From positions 152,098 to 216,097 of the forward strand of contig CAZELA010000003.1 in assembly GCA_964512835.1 (NCBI GenBank): 64,000 nt of DNA, read 5' to 3'. Every line of letters begins with the position of its first letter. The stretch's first letter is position 1. Positions 8,652-18,632 of this stretch are shown one piece after another. The DNA is from an uncultured Candidatus Saccharibacteria bacterium (lineage in GTDB: Bacteria > Patescibacteriota > Minisyncoccia > Phycocordibacterales > UBA2100). The position numbers were made by a program, and so were the translations under genes. The notes beneath the pieces were generated by a model, which ran no database searches, was not told the DNA's origin, and saw only the letters and a list, made by a program, of their open reading frames with translations.

Positions 8652-9815
8652 TTACCGGCCCGTCAGTGCGGCAATAAGCTTTTGGGCGAGCGCGGCCGCC
8701 TCGGGGCGAAACGCATCAGCCATCACTTTTGGATCCTGCGCAAGGGTTTCGGCGAGTGTACGGCCGGTCAGAGCGTTCATGTCTCGACTTATGTATGCGG
8801 TCGTTATGGCATGCAGATCGCGCGCTGATGTCGTGGGTTCTGCGCTCGTCGTCGTAATTATGCCGATTAGCCGGCCCCACTGGTTAACAACACCGCCGCC
8901 CGACGAGCCACTCTGTGCACCGATGACACCGCCGAGCGATAGTGCATCGGCAGATCCGCTGGTGAATGTCATCAGTCGACCGATCGATGTGATCGAGGTG
9001 ACAGGATACAGGTTGTTTTGAACCATCCCGCTGCCGACAAATTCGACGGGGTAACTTGCAACAAGTGCCGCGTCGTCCACAAATCCAATCGCTTCACGAA
9101 TGTCCGGGACCACTTCGGGAAACGAGGAGGGGAGTGGTGTGCTGTCTGCCGAAGCCGCTATATAGAGCAGTGCATAATCGTGTTCGCCGGTGCTGAGTGC
9201 ATGCTGCAGGGTGATGTCGCGTGCGTGCGTGTTGATCCAGGGGGTTGGCACATAGAGAACGAGCGGCACCCACCGTGTCGTCGCCGGAGCGCCGGTGCGC
9301 ACGACACATTCGAGATCGCTCCGCCCGCTTTGTGCGATCAGTACATATTGAGCCACGTGGGCGTTCGTGAGAATTATGCCGCGCTCGTCTACGATCATGC
9401 CGCTACCGGTGATCGGACTAAGTGCGCCGCTTGCTCGTGTCTGACACAGAATATTGACGAGCGCGGATCGTGCGGAGAGATTCACTGATTCAAAGGGGAG
9501 TGGGGGAGTTTGATACGGGTGTTCGATGCGTGTTATTTCGTTCGGTGACGTAGTGGAAAATGTTGTCACAGGCGATTTCGTGGCTTGAATACTCGCTTTA
9601 TTAGACTTTTTCAAAGTTGTCGTTGCAGCCGATGTCGTAGCGTCCGCGTGTTGCGTTGTTATTGCTGTGCCCGTTGCCGAAATGAGCGGTAGCGGTTCAG
9701 GTGCCGTCGGACGAGCCGGTTCGTTCGCTTTGTGAGGATACGATATGAATACGAGCGTGATTGCCGGGACTATGAGTATCCACGGATGCGCACGTATGCT
9801 GCGCAGTATGTGCAT
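8652..9815 (-). CDS. membrane-anchored trypsin-like (S1 family) serine protease
   Basis: N-terminal TM helix, Thr/Ser-rich linker, catalytic triad contexts TNAHV, DYALL and GAQSGSSGGGV (GxSGG). Confidence 0.7.
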   Translation of the reverse strand: MHILRSIRAHPWILIVPAITLVFISYPHKANEPARPTAPEPLPLISATGTAITTQHADATTSAATTTLKKSNKASIQATKSPVTTFSTTSPNEITRIEHPYQTPPLPFESVNLSARSALVNILCQTRASGALSPITGSGMIVDERGIILTNAHVAQYVLIAQSGRSDLECVVRTGAPATTRWVPLVLYVPTPWINTHARDITLQHALSTGEHDYALLYIAASADSTPLPSSFPEVVPDIREAIGFVDDAALVASYPVEFVGSGMVQNNLYPVTSITSIGRLMTFTSGSADALSLGGVIGAQSGSSGGGVVNQWGRLIGIITTTSAEPTTSARDLHAITTAYISRDMNALTGRTLAETLAQDPKVMADAFRPEAAALAQKLIAALTGR

Positions 9816-9816
9816 G

Positions 9817-9887
9817 TGCGGAATAAGGGAATCGAACCCTTGCTCTCAGTTTGGAAAACTGATGTTCTACCATTAAACTAATTCCGC
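9817..9887 (-). tRNA. tRNA-Gly (anticodon UCC)
   Basis: 71-nt cloverleaf GCGGAAT...ATTCCGC, anticodon loop TTTCCAA, T-loop TTCGATT. Confidence 0.85.
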
Positions 9888-10062
9888 TTTTGTGAACTCG
9901 TGTTTTCCGTCAAAGCGGTACACAGGTTCGTCTGCCACGGAAACATGTCCGGAGACAGTCTGCCGCGATTGGCACACTTTACACGATTCCTTTCATACGC
10001 ACAAAACCCGCCGTTCGGCGGGTTTTGTGTTCTCGAGAATCACCTGTGCACGGGTGATTTCG

Positions 10063-10338
10063 CTACTTGACCGCGTCTTTCAGCGTCTTAGATGCGCGAA
10101 ACTTCGGAACTCGCATCGATTTGATCTGAATCGTTGCGCCGGTTCGCGGATTGCGACCGGTTCGTCCTGCGCGGGTCTTTGCTTCGAAAATGCCAAGGCC
10201 GGCGATTGAAACCTCTTCACCTTTTTTCAGGTTCTCGGTAATGCCGGAGATGATTGACTCGACAGCGCGCTCTGCATCTGCCTTCGTGCAACCGATCGTC
10301 GAGTGAACGCGATCGATCAAATCAGCTTTATTTGCCAT
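10063..10338 (-). CDS. hup: DNA-binding protein HU
   Basis: 91-aa protein with the HU/IHF fold signature (MANKADLIDRV...GLGIFEAKTRAGRTGRNPRTG). Confidence 0.9.
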   Translation of the reverse strand: MANKADLIDRVHSTIGCTKADAERAVESIISGITENLKKGEEVSIAGLGIFEAKTRAGRTGRNPRTGATIQIKSMRVPKFRASKTLKDAVK

Positions 10339-10492
10339 AGACTGTTCGTAACATTAGTAAACATTGAAAATGCTTGCTTTTTCGACCTATAGAACCATTT
10401 TGAGCCGTATTTTAGGGCTGTCAATCGTCGAAATCGAGTATCCACACATGTATCAGAAGGGCCCGGCGGAGTATTCCGTCGGGCCCGGGGTG

Positions 10493-11038
10493 TCAATTCA
10501 TCTCGTGGTTCGCCGTAAATGTGAGCCGGTACGCCGCAGAGACTGCGCCGATCAGGCGGTCGATCGTGTCGCCTTCGGCGGGCGAGACGGTCTTTAGTAT
10601 CAATCGTTCACGAGCGTTCCACATCTTCGCCTCGAGAGCTTCCGCAATCTCCTCCCGCACCTCGCCGATTGCGATAGTGTGTAGAAAGATAGCAACCGGA
10701 GTGCCGTCGAGTGCGACGGCGGTCACGACACCGTTGACCTGATGTTCGATGGCTTGCTGGTTAACGAAGAACTCCATCCGACGCGGCGACAGGTACACCC
10801 CCCAGCGTCGCTCGTTCGGATGATCCGCGCTGAGTGGCGGCATGGCATTGACCACGTTTCGGACCGCCAGCTCAACCCCGTCATCGAAGGTCTTTCCGAC
10901 CGGAAAGTCCGGCCGACGGACGAGCGAACATGAAAGTCCGTGGCATTGTTCGGCTAAGGTGGCGTCGAGCGTCTGCATCAGACGTTCGCCGCTGGTATCG
11001 TTCGGGAGCAGTTCAACAGTAATAAGCGCACGTGTCAT
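10493..11038 (-). CDS. hypothetical protein
   Basis: 181-aa ORF with reasonable composition; no recognisable motif. Confidence 0.4.
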   Translation of the reverse strand: MTRALITVELLPNDTSGERLMQTLDATLAEQCHGLSCSLVRRPDFPVGKTFDDGVELAVRNVVNAMPPLSADHPNERRWGVYLSPRRMEFFVNQQAIEHQVNGVVTAVALDGTPVAIFLHTIAIGEVREEIAEALEAKMWNARERLILKTVSPAEGDTIDRLIGAVSAAYRLTFTANHEMN

Positions 11039-11145
11039 TCGACATCCTCCTGAAAGTCTTGCTTCACCTTACTGAAACGCGAGACGGCGGTCAATAAAAA
11101 GAAAAAGAGGGGACATGCCCCTCTTTTTCTGCTGATATAAGCCGT

Positions 11146-12675
11146 TTATTTGGCGTACTCAATCACGCGGGTCTCGCGAATAACCGACACTTTGATCTCG
11201 CCGGGGTACTGGAGTTCCTTTTCGATCTTGTCTGCAATGTCGCGGGCAAGTTTGCGAGCTTCGAGGTCCGTCATTTCTTCCGGTCGAACCATCACGCGAA
11301 GTTCGCGGCCGGCAGCGATTGCGAAGCTCTTCTCGACACCTTTTTCGTTGTTAGCGATGGCCTCCAGGTCCTCAAGTCGCTTGATGTAGTTCTCGACGGA
11401 GTCTCGTCGTGAACCGGGGCGGCCGCCGGAGATAGCGTCTGCCACCTGCACAATCATGCTTTCGGGGGTTTCGTACGGGTATTCCTCGTGGTGGGCCTGC
11501 ATTGCCTTAATCACGAGCTCGTCGACGTTGAATTTCTGAAGAATGCGACGACCGATCTCAACGTGGGTGCCCGGAACCTCGTGGTCAACAGCTTTACCGA
11601 TATCGTGGAAGAGGGCTCCGGCTCGCGCAATCGCAGGGTCGGCACCGAGCTCCTCTGCAAGCATTGCGGCCAGGTGTGCCATCTCTACCGAGTGGTCGAG
11701 CACATTCTGTCCATAGCTCGTGCGGAAATACAGTCGCCCGAGGATCATGAGGAGCTTCGGGTCCATACCGGGCACTTTTGCATCGTAGGCAGCCTCAGCG
11801 CCCTTCTTCTTGATGATGTTGGTGATCTCTTGTTCAGCCTTTTGTACGGCCTCCTCGATCTTTGCAGGCTGAATGCGTCCGTCGAGAATAAGGTTCTCGA
11901 GTGCAATTCGCGCGATCTGTCGTCGGATAGGGTCGTACGACGAGAGGGTAAGCGTACCCGGCGTATCGTCGATGATGACGTCGACGCCGGTTGCCCGCTC
12001 GAACGAGCGGATGTTGCGGCCTTCCTTGCCGATGATTTTGCCCTTGATCTCCTCATTCGGGAGTGAAACGGTGGTTGCAAGCACATCCGAAACGACCGAA
12101 TTACCGAGACGATGTACGGCGGTCGTCAGGATCTCCTTGGCTCGCTTCTCTATCTTTTCATCGCCGGAGATCTCGAGTTTACGCATGCGACCTTCAAGGT
12201 CGTGCTCGTACTGCTTTTCGATGGACTTCATCAGTCCGTTCTTCGCCTCTTCCGCCGTGAGGCCTGCAACCTTTTCCAGCTTTTCCTGCTGCTCGCGGAT
12301 CAGTGCCTCAGCCTCCTCGCGGGCGCGGGCGACATCTTCGTTCTTTCGGTTGAGCGATTCCTGCTCGTTATCGAGATTCAGTTGGCGCTTATCGAGGAGC
12401 TCTTCCTTGCGGACGAGGCGTTCTTCGACCTGTTTGAGGTCGCGTTCACGCTCCTTGTGTTCGGTCGTCAGTTGCAGGACCTTTTCATCGGCTCTGGTCT
12501 GAGCGTCGTTGATAATTCCTTTCGCCTTTTCCTCGGCATCGAGCATCATCTGTCGGATCTGGAGTTCCATGGAACCCTTCTTACCGATACTGATGATGTA
12601 TCGGAGGAAGTATCCGAATCCAATGCCAATAGCGCCGGCTGCGGCGAGGAGGGCAAGAATAACTTTTAATGACAT
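11146..12675 (-). CDS. rny: ribonuclease Y
   Basis: N-terminal TM helix, coiled-coil, KH domain (KGKIIGKEGRNIR) and HD domain (LFHDIGK). Confidence 0.9.
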   Translation of the reverse strand: MSLKVILALLAAAGAIGIGFGYFLRYIISIGKKGSMELQIRQMMLDAEEKAKGIINDAQTRADEKVLQLTTEHKERERDLKQVEERLVRKEELLDKRQLNLDNEQESLNRKNEDVARAREEAEALIREQQEKLEKVAGLTAEEAKNGLMKSIEKQYEHDLEGRMRKLEISGDEKIEKRAKEILTTAVHRLGNSVVSDVLATTVSLPNEEIKGKIIGKEGRNIRSFERATGVDVIIDDTPGTLTLSSYDPIRRQIARIALENLILDGRIQPAKIEEAVQKAEQEITNIIKKKGAEAAYDAKVPGMDPKLLMILGRLYFRTSYGQNVLDHSVEMAHLAAMLAEELGADPAIARAGALFHDIGKAVDHEVPGTHVEIGRRILQKFNVDELVIKAMQAHHEEYPYETPESMIVQVADAISGGRPGSRRDSVENYIKRLEDLEAIANNEKGVEKSFAIAAGRELRVMVRPEEMTDLEARKLARDIADKIEKELQYPGEIKVSVIRETRVIEYAK

Positions 12676-12881
12676 ACGCGTCTAAGACGCGCTGCTCTTA
12701 CGCTGAGACGCTAGAAAATGGCTTATTTACTACCTTTTTTGCTAGTTGAGTGCTCATGTTTGAGTGCGCGTTTGAAGAATGAAACATAAATACTAAGAGG
12801 TACTCACGCAATATAGCACCCATGAAAACAACATGCTATATGAAAACCCCGCCGGCTACGGCGGGGTTTTCACGGTCGACG

Positions 12882-13472
12882 TTAGTTCAGGACTTTGTCG
12901 ATTATTCCGTACTCTACGGCTTCCTTTGCTCCCATGAAGAAGTCGCGGTCGACGTCTCGTTCGATCTTTTCGAGCTTCTGGCCGGTGTTCTTCGCAAGTA
13001 TCTTATTGAGCTGTTCGCGCATTTTCAGGATCTGCTTGGCGGTGATTTCGATGTCCGAGGCCATACCTTCAGCTCCGCCCGACGGCTGATGGATCATGAC
13101 TTCGGCGTTCGGGAGTGCGAAACGCTTGCCTTTCTCGCCTGCGGAGAGGAGGATGGCGCCCATCGACGCCGCCATACCTACGCAGACGGTCGAGACCTGC
13201 GGCTGAATGTGGTTCATGGTATCCATGATTGCAAGGCCCGCGGTCACCATGCCGCCCGGAGAGTTAATGTAGAACGAAATGTCCTTTTTCGGGTCTTCTG
13301 ATGCGAGGAACAGGAGCTGGGCGATAACGAGGTTCGCAACATCGGTATCGATCGGTCCGCCGAGGAACACGATGCGCTCCTTGAGGAGGCGCGAGTAGAT
13401 GTCGTAGGCGCGTTCGCCCATCGACGTTTTTTCGACGACCATCGGAACTAACTGTGCGCGAGGTGTATTCAT
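12882..13472 (-). CDS. clpP: ATP-dependent Clp protease proteolytic subunit
   Basis: ClpP Ser-His contexts ([19 protein letters not shown]); start refined to the ATG at 13472. Confidence 0.9.
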   Translation of the reverse strand: MNTPRAQLVPMVVEKTSMGERAYDIYSRLLKERIVFLGGPIDTDVANLVIAQLLFLASEDPKKDISFYINSPGGMVTAGLAIMDTMNHIQPQVSTVCVGMAASMGAILLSAGEKGKRFALPNAEVMIHQPSGGAEGMASDIEITAKQILKMREQLNKILAKNTGQKLEKIERDVDRDFFMGAKEAVEYGIIDKVLN

Positions 13473-13563
13473 ATGGAGGGAGTGTATCAGATTCGAATTG
13501 TTGCACGCAAATTGAAAGCGCGACGGCAAAGGTTTTCTTTTTCGCGGGTATCTATATGATGCC

Positions 13564-14016
13564 GTGATGAGTACGATATCCCTTGAGCTGAGTCGTGATG
13601 ACTTCCGCGAATTGTTGCTGCTGGCGTCCATCGGCGACCGCATCCGTGGCGCGGTCATGGAGGCGACCGCCGACGAAGAGGGCGGAGTACATGCGATTCA
13701 TGACCGCGTGATCGATGCGCTCTTTGAAGTGGCGCTTGATACCGAGCTGCCCGAAGTACAGGCGCACGAAGATCACATCGACCCGGCACGTTGGTTCGAC
13801 GAAGAACAAATCCGCATTTTAAAAGAGTACGAAGATGAGGTGTTCTGGGAAGAGCTCGAGATCCGCTTGAGTAAGCGCGACTTTGATCGTGCTGCGGAGC
13901 CGTTTCCGATCGGTACCTACCGGGAAAAATATGCTCACGAAACGTCATCGTACGGCGTTGATCGTCTTGTTATCGACGAGAACGCGCCGGTCTCCGACAT
14001 GCGCGACGTGCTGTAG
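13564..14016 (+). CDS. hypothetical acidic protein
   Basis: 150-aa strongly acidic ORF; the run of plus-strand ORFs ends at the bidirectional terminator at 15003. Confidence 0.4.
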   Translation: MMSTISLELSRDDFRELLLLASIGDRIRGAVMEATADEEGGVHAIHDRVIDALFEVALDTELPEVQAHEDHIDPARWFDEEQIRILKEYEDEVFWEELEIRLSKRDFDRAAEPFPIGTYREKYAHETSSYGVDRLVIDENAPVSDMRDVL

Positions 14017-14038
14017 CGGATGCGTTATTATTTCCGGT

Positions 14039-14431
14039 ATGGGAATCGAGCATATGCAGAATGCGGCCGCGAGTACCGAGGTACGCAGCGTCCATCTCGG
14101 TCCGAATATGCCGCTTCGCGATCAGCTCCACTTGCAGGCTGTGCTCATGCTGCGACGATACGCCCGAGAGCACAAAGATATTAAGAACATCGATTGTACG
14201 CATCCGCGCCGCAATAGCAGTGAGATACAGGCGGCGGCTATGAGTGAGTGGGTCGGTGATCAGGGGCCAAACGACGTCCGTGGTCGCTACCGCGCCTTTA
14301 TTGACCGACTCACCAGCGAGGAGACGGATCTCGGTGATATCGACCTTACCGACGAGGCTGTATGCGCGGATCTTATTACGCGCATTGAGAACGAAAAGGG
14401 ACCTGACGCTGCTACCCAGACCATTCACTAA
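14039..14431 (+). CDS. hypothetical protein
   Basis: 130-aa ORF from ATG at 14039, in the same orientation as its neighbours. Confidence 0.3.
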   Translation: MGIEHMQNAAASTEVRSVHLGPNMPLRDQLHLQAVLMLRRYAREHKDIKNIDCTHPRRNSSEIQAAAMSEWVGDQGPNDVRGRYRAFIDRLTSEETDLGDIDLTDEAVCADLITRIENEKGPDAATQTIH

Positions 14432-14490
14432 ATATTTGACTGTATGCCGTGGCGGCGTACAGTAGTTTTCGGACAAAACAGGAGGAAGCG

Positions 14491-14721
14491 ATGTTCCGCG
14501 AAGGGATTATGGACGTGCTCCGTGCGTGTGCGCACGGGGATTCGATCCGTCGTCAGTATCGTACCGAAGACGGCGTTCGAAATGTGGTGAGCGCAGTCAC
14601 AATGGGCTTGTGTGTGTTCGTGCCCGATCGCAATCATGCGGTCACGATGCTCGATCGACACTGGCCGGTTACGGTCGGCATCGAGCTCACCGACTTCGGT
14701 CGTGAGCAGGCGGGGCGATAG
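14491..14721 (+). CDS. small hypothetical protein, paralog A
   Basis: AGGAGG RBS 7 nt upstream of ATG; shares the C-terminal W-x-VxxELTxxGxxQxG motif with the next gene. Confidence 0.45.
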   Translation: MFREGIMDVLRACAHGDSIRRQYRTEDGVRNVVSAVTMGLCVFVPDRNHAVTMLDRHWPVTVGIELTDFGREQAGR

Positions 14722-14732
14722 AGAAGTCCGCC

Positions 14733-15002
14733 GTGTTGCTACGAGAGGACGTCAAGCATGTGCTACACGTCGTCGGAGATGCATTTAATACGGGAACCGT
14801 ATTTGAAACGCAGAGCGACGTCGCGTCTGTGTGTCGCGCTGTCGAGCTCGGGTTCTTGAGGCTCGTGCCGATCGAGCACAATCCGTTTCGAGTGCATGAT
14901 GCTGAACACGGTTCATCGTGGGGTGTGGAGCTCACTGAACCCGGCATGCGACAAATCGGAATCGATCCCGGCTCGTACTACAAATCACACGGTGAACCGT
15001 GA
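14733..15002 (+). CDS. small hypothetical protein, paralog B
   Basis: GTG start; tandem paralog of 14491-14721; ends at the bidirectional terminator. Confidence 0.4.
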   Translation: MLLREDVKHVLHVVGDAFNTGTVFETQSDVASVCRAVELGFLRLVPIEHNPFRVHDAEHGSSWGVELTEPGMRQIGIDPGSYYKSHGEP

Positions 15003-15030
15003 AAAAAGGCGCCCTTGCGGGCGCCTTTTC
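15003..15030. terminator. bidirectional terminator between paralog B and tig
   Basis: GGCGCCC-TTGC-GGGCGCC hairpin flanked by A and T runs. Confidence 0.6.
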
Positions 15031-16140
15031 CTATTCGTGTGAGTGGGCGTGGGCCGTATGGCCGACAGGCTCCGTATTTCCTTCGAGGAATCGAAGCGTC
15101 ATTTCGTTGCGCATTGCGTGTGCAATATGCGCGCGCAGATTCTCCGGATCCGCTTGCGGATAGTGCTGACGCGCATGTTCGAGCTCGTGCTCCAGCTCGG
15201 GCAGCGGTGGTTCGATTTTTTCCTGGCGGGCGATCTCTGCAAGGATGAGTCGTACCTTTGCGCGCTTGTCGGCAGCGTCTTTCCAGCTTTCGTGCAATTC
15301 CTCACGGGTTTTGTTTGTCTCTTTCAGGTAGGTCTCGAGTGTCTGACCGATGCGGGCGAGGTCGTCCTTCAGGCGTCCTTCCATTTCTTCGAGCTCGAAT
15401 TCGCGGAGCGAATACGGATACGAGATCACGGAATCCTTGATCATGTCGTCGAGCATGCCTGCACGGCGCTTTTCGCTTACGCGCATTTCCTTTTCGGTCT
15501 TGATGTTGTTTCGCAGTGCCTCAGTAAATGCAGCGGTGTTCTCGTATCCCAGGGTCTGCACAAACACATCGTCGAGTTCCGGCAATTCTGCGTCCGTCAT
15601 CGCCTTGGCCTCCTCTGCAGCCTGCTGTGCCTCGGTGCCGGACTCGATCTTGTCGATTCGGCTGCGTTCGCGACGCAGGTGGGTCAGCGCTTCCTGGTGC
15701 TCTGCATCGGAGACATCAGTATCCTCCTTTGTATCGAGATGCTTTTTTGATATTGCCTTGTAGTCGGCGAGCCCGATCTCCGGGGCGAGTGCGGCACGTG
15801 CCGTAAATACGACCGGCTTATCGAGCGTCGGCTGATCCGTCGTTACCCGAGGAGCTTCGACAATGGGAAGCTTTTCGTCAGCAAGCAGGTGCGGGAGCTC
15901 GTGCTCGATTGCATGCTCGACCGCGTGTCGGAGCACCTGGCTCTCGCCGTAGACCGCAACAATGCGGTCGATCGGCGCTTTGCCCGGCCGGAACCCGTCG
16001 AGCTTCGCGGTCTTTTGAATATCCTTGAGCGCGTGCTCGCGGTACTTGGTAAGGACCTCGGTCGGGATTTCCGCCGTGATCGAAGCCTCCCAGCGATCGG
16101 TGTCGCGGGAAACTTTTACGTTTTGAAATGGGTGTGACAT
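15031..16140 (-). CDS. tig: trigger factor (short form)
   Basis: Ribosome-binding signature GFRPGKAP in the N-terminal domain; start refined to MSHPFQN. Confidence 0.8.
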   Translation of the reverse strand: MSHPFQNVKVSRDTDRWEASITAEIPTEVLTKYREHALKDIQKTAKLDGFRPGKAPIDRIVAVYGESQVLRHAVEHAIEHELPHLLADEKLPIVEAPRVTTDQPTLDKPVVFTARAALAPEIGLADYKAISKKHLDTKEDTDVSDAEHQEALTHLRRERSRIDKIESGTEAQQAAEEAKAMTDAELPELDDVFVQTLGYENTAAFTEALRNNIKTEKEMRVSEKRRAGMLDDMIKDSVISYPYSLREFELEEMEGRLKDDLARIGQTLETYLKETNKTREELHESWKDAADKRAKVRLILAEIARQEKIEPPLPELEHELEHARQHYPQADPENLRAHIAHAMRNEMTLRFLEGNTEPVGHTAHAHSHE

Positions 16141-16185
16141 CGCGGGGGAGTGTAACTGCAAAAACGCCGCGAAGCAATGCGGCGT

Positions 16186-16377
16186 TTAGTCGATCGAAAC
16201 CTGCGAACGCACGAGTGGTGCATCCGGCGCAGGTTTCTTATTCAGTTTTTGGCCCCAGAAATAGAGCGCGCCGAAGACGAGCAAAATGATAATGATGATG
16301 GCGCCGATGATCGGCCCCGCACCCTCTTCGCGAGGACGACTCTGAGTTGCGTGGGAGTCAGCAGCAGGCATGTACAT
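16186..16377 (-). CDS. small membrane protein (63 aa)
   Basis: Single TM helix IIGAIIIIILLVFGALYFW; sits between ppa and tig; the longer track ORF overlaps ppa and was trimmed. Confidence 0.3.
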   Translation of the reverse strand: MYMPAADSHATQSRPREEGAGPIIGAIIIIILLVFGALYFWGQKLNKKPAPDAPLVRSQVSID

Positions 16378-16447
16378 ATAGTACACCCGCCTCTTCGGGC
16401 GGGTGTACGAGCTCGGCCTGTGGATTGCTCGAGTATGAAGTTCTTCG

Positions 16448-16984
16448 CTACTTTCCGAACTTTTCCTTGTAGAGATCGACGGATTTTTTAACCGCTTCGA
16501 TGGCGGCAGCCTTTCCCTGGATGCTCTTGATCTCAACCGGCGCCGGCTTTCCTTTGAGCGCCTTGTAGGTTTCGAGGAAATGCTGAAATTCCTTGAGCGA
16601 GTGCGAGTTGATGTCCTCAAGATCCTGTACGTCGTCCCAGCGCTTATCGTCGACGGGGACCGCGATGATTTTGTAATCGCTTTCACCCGTGTCGATCATT
16701 TCCATGACCGCGACCGGTCGGACTGATACCAGAATTCCCACATCGAGCGGGTAGGTCGTGAGCACGATCACGTCGAGTGCGTCGCCGTCGTCCCAGAGGG
16801 TCTGCGGAGCAAATCCGTAATCGTACGGGAATGCTGCCGCGGAATAATTTGCCCGATCGAGCTTGATAAGACCCGTTTCCTTGTCGATCTCGTACTTATT
16901 GTTGGACCCTTTCGGGACCTCGATGATCACATTAATTTCTTCCGGGGCGTTCTCGCCCAGCGGTACGTCGTGCCAAAGATTCAT
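16448..16984 (-). CDS. ppa: inorganic pyrophosphatase (family I)
   Basis: Family I PPase motifs (DGDALDVIV, EVPKGSNNKYEID). Confidence 0.9.
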   Translation of the reverse strand: MNLWHDVPLGENAPEEINVIIEVPKGSNNKYEIDKETGLIKLDRANYSAAAFPYDYGFAPQTLWDDGDALDVIVLTTYPLDVGILVSVRPVAVMEMIDTGESDYKIIAVPVDDKRWDDVQDLEDINSHSLKEFQHFLETYKALKGKPAPVEIKSIQGKAAAIEAVKKSVDLYKEKFGK

Positions 16985-17064
16985 ATAGGGGAGAGTGTAT
17001 CAGGTGTGTCCCGAAACGAAAACGGCGGGCCTGCGGCCCGCCGTTCGTTTTTATTTGTGAGGTG

Positions 17065-18408
17065 TTACGCAGCGTCTTTTTCTTTGTCTTCGACGCTTTC
17101 GCCCTGTTCTTCCTCAACCGCTTCGTCTGCAACGTCGCGATCCTGGTCAACCGGGTCGAGATTCTCGACACCGTCGTCCTTGGCCTCATCGTCGTCTCCC
17201 ACCATGTCAGCCTTTGCTTCCGCAAAGGTGTCTTCCTCGGCGCTCACATTCTCCACGTCAGTCGGGATGCTCTGCACCGGCTCTGCTCCATCATCGGATG
17301 CGACCTCCTCACCGCCCATCGAGCGGATGTCGATCTTCCAACCCGTAAGACGTGCGGCCAAGCGGACATTCTGACCGCCGCGACCGATCGCGAGTGACTG
17401 CTGATCTTCGGCTACCTGCACGATCGCGCGGCTCTCTTCTTCAAAGAGTTCGATCGAAAGTACTTGTGCGGGCTTGAGTGCCTCCTTAACGTAGTCGCCT
17501 GCGTTCTCGCTCCATTCCACAACGTCGATCTTTTCGCCGCCGAGTTCAGAGGTAACGACCGCAACGCGGACGCCGCGCTGGCCGACGAGTGCGCCGACCG
17601 GGTCGACGTGGTCGTCGTTTGAGTGCACGGCAATCTTTGCACGTGAACCCGGTTCGCGGACAATGCCTTTTACTTCGACGACGCCCTGTGCCATTTCCGG
17701 CACCTCTGTCTCGAAGAGCTTGGTCAGGAAGCGCGGATGCGATCGGGAGAGACGAATGAACGTACCTCGTACACCTTCGTCCACCCGAAGCAAGAGTGCG
17801 CGAACGCGCTCGCCCTGTCGGTATCGCTCGCCCGGGATCTGTTCGTCGTAGGGGAGAATTGCGGTAGCGCGGCCCAAGTCGATGTACAGGTTGCCTCGTT
17901 CGAAGCGCTGCACGTGACCGGTAACGATTTCGCCTTCGCGCTCACCGTATTCTTCGATGATGGAAGCGCGTTCCGCTTCGCGGACCTTTTGCATGATGAC
18001 CTGCTTGGCAGCCTGTGCCGCGATGCGGCCGAAGTCTTCCTGGGTCTCGAGGGGGAACGAAATCTCTTCGTCGAGCGCTGCATCGCGCTTAATGCGCTGT
18101 GCATCGGCAAGCATGATGTGCTGCTCGGGATTGAATCGGGAGCGGTGGTCGTTCTCGTCCTTGGCCTCCTCGTCTTCCTTGCGGACGAGGCTCTCATCGA
18201 CAACGATCTTTGCCTGACGGAACTCCATGTCACCGGACTCCGGGTTGAACGTTGCGCGGATGATCTGACCGCGCTTGCCGTATTCGCGTCGGTATGCGGC
18301 GGCGAGGGCCGTTGCGAGCGCATCGATCACGCTTTCGCGCGAGATGCCGCGTTCTGTCTGGAGCTCATCGAGCGCCGAATTCAATGATTTGAGGTCAAAG
18401 AGTGCCAT
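17065..18408 (-). CDS. nusA: transcription termination/antitermination factor NusA
   Basis: NusA N-terminal domain, S1 domain and tandem KH domains, with an acidic C-terminal tail. Confidence 0.9.
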   Translation of the reverse strand: MALFDLKSLNSALDELQTERGISRESVIDALATALAAAYRREYGKRGQIIRATFNPESGDMEFRQAKIVVDESLVRKEDEEAKDENDHRSRFNPEQHIMLADAQRIKRDAALDEEISFPLETQEDFGRIAAQAAKQVIMQKVREAERASIIEEYGEREGEIVTGHVQRFERGNLYIDLGRATAILPYDEQIPGERYRQGERVRALLLRVDEGVRGTFIRLSRSHPRFLTKLFETEVPEMAQGVVEVKGIVREPGSRAKIAVHSNDDHVDPVGALVGQRGVRVAVVTSELGGEKIDVVEWSENAGDYVKEALKPAQVLSIELFEEESRAIVQVAEDQQSLAIGRGGQNVRLAARLTGWKIDIRSMGGEEVASDDGAEPVQSIPTDVENVSAEEDTFAEAKADMVGDDDEAKDDGVENLDPVDQDRDVADEAVEEEQGESVEDKEKDAA

Positions 18409-18632
18409 ATGGATTATGTTGTATTTTCCGTTCCGCTCTATTAATAGAGGGGACCCCTTTCAAAAAAAGGGTCCGCCAGCGGCGGAACTAATGCGGGCAG
18501 TATACGAATCGTTCAGGGGGTCGTCAAGCGGGCTCCATTGTTGCGTCGCGGTCTCCCGAAGGCGGCTATTTTCACAGCGGAAACGAAATAATTTCCGCCG
18601 CTTTCACGTTGTGCGCGGTATAATAATGGTGC

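Noticed and set aside
12112-12669. Plus-strand ORFs (11488-12066, 11873-12502, 12112-12669) inside rny
   Set aside because: They are antisense to RNase Y, which has unambiguous KH and HD domains. The highly Glu/Lys-rich coiled-coil coding region generates long antisense ORFs.
16186-16686. Full 166-aa minus-strand ORF
   Set aside because: Its N-terminal two-thirds overlap the well-supported ppa gene in another frame and are Arg/Ser-rich. Only the C-terminal 63-aa TM segment was kept as a low-confidence small gene.
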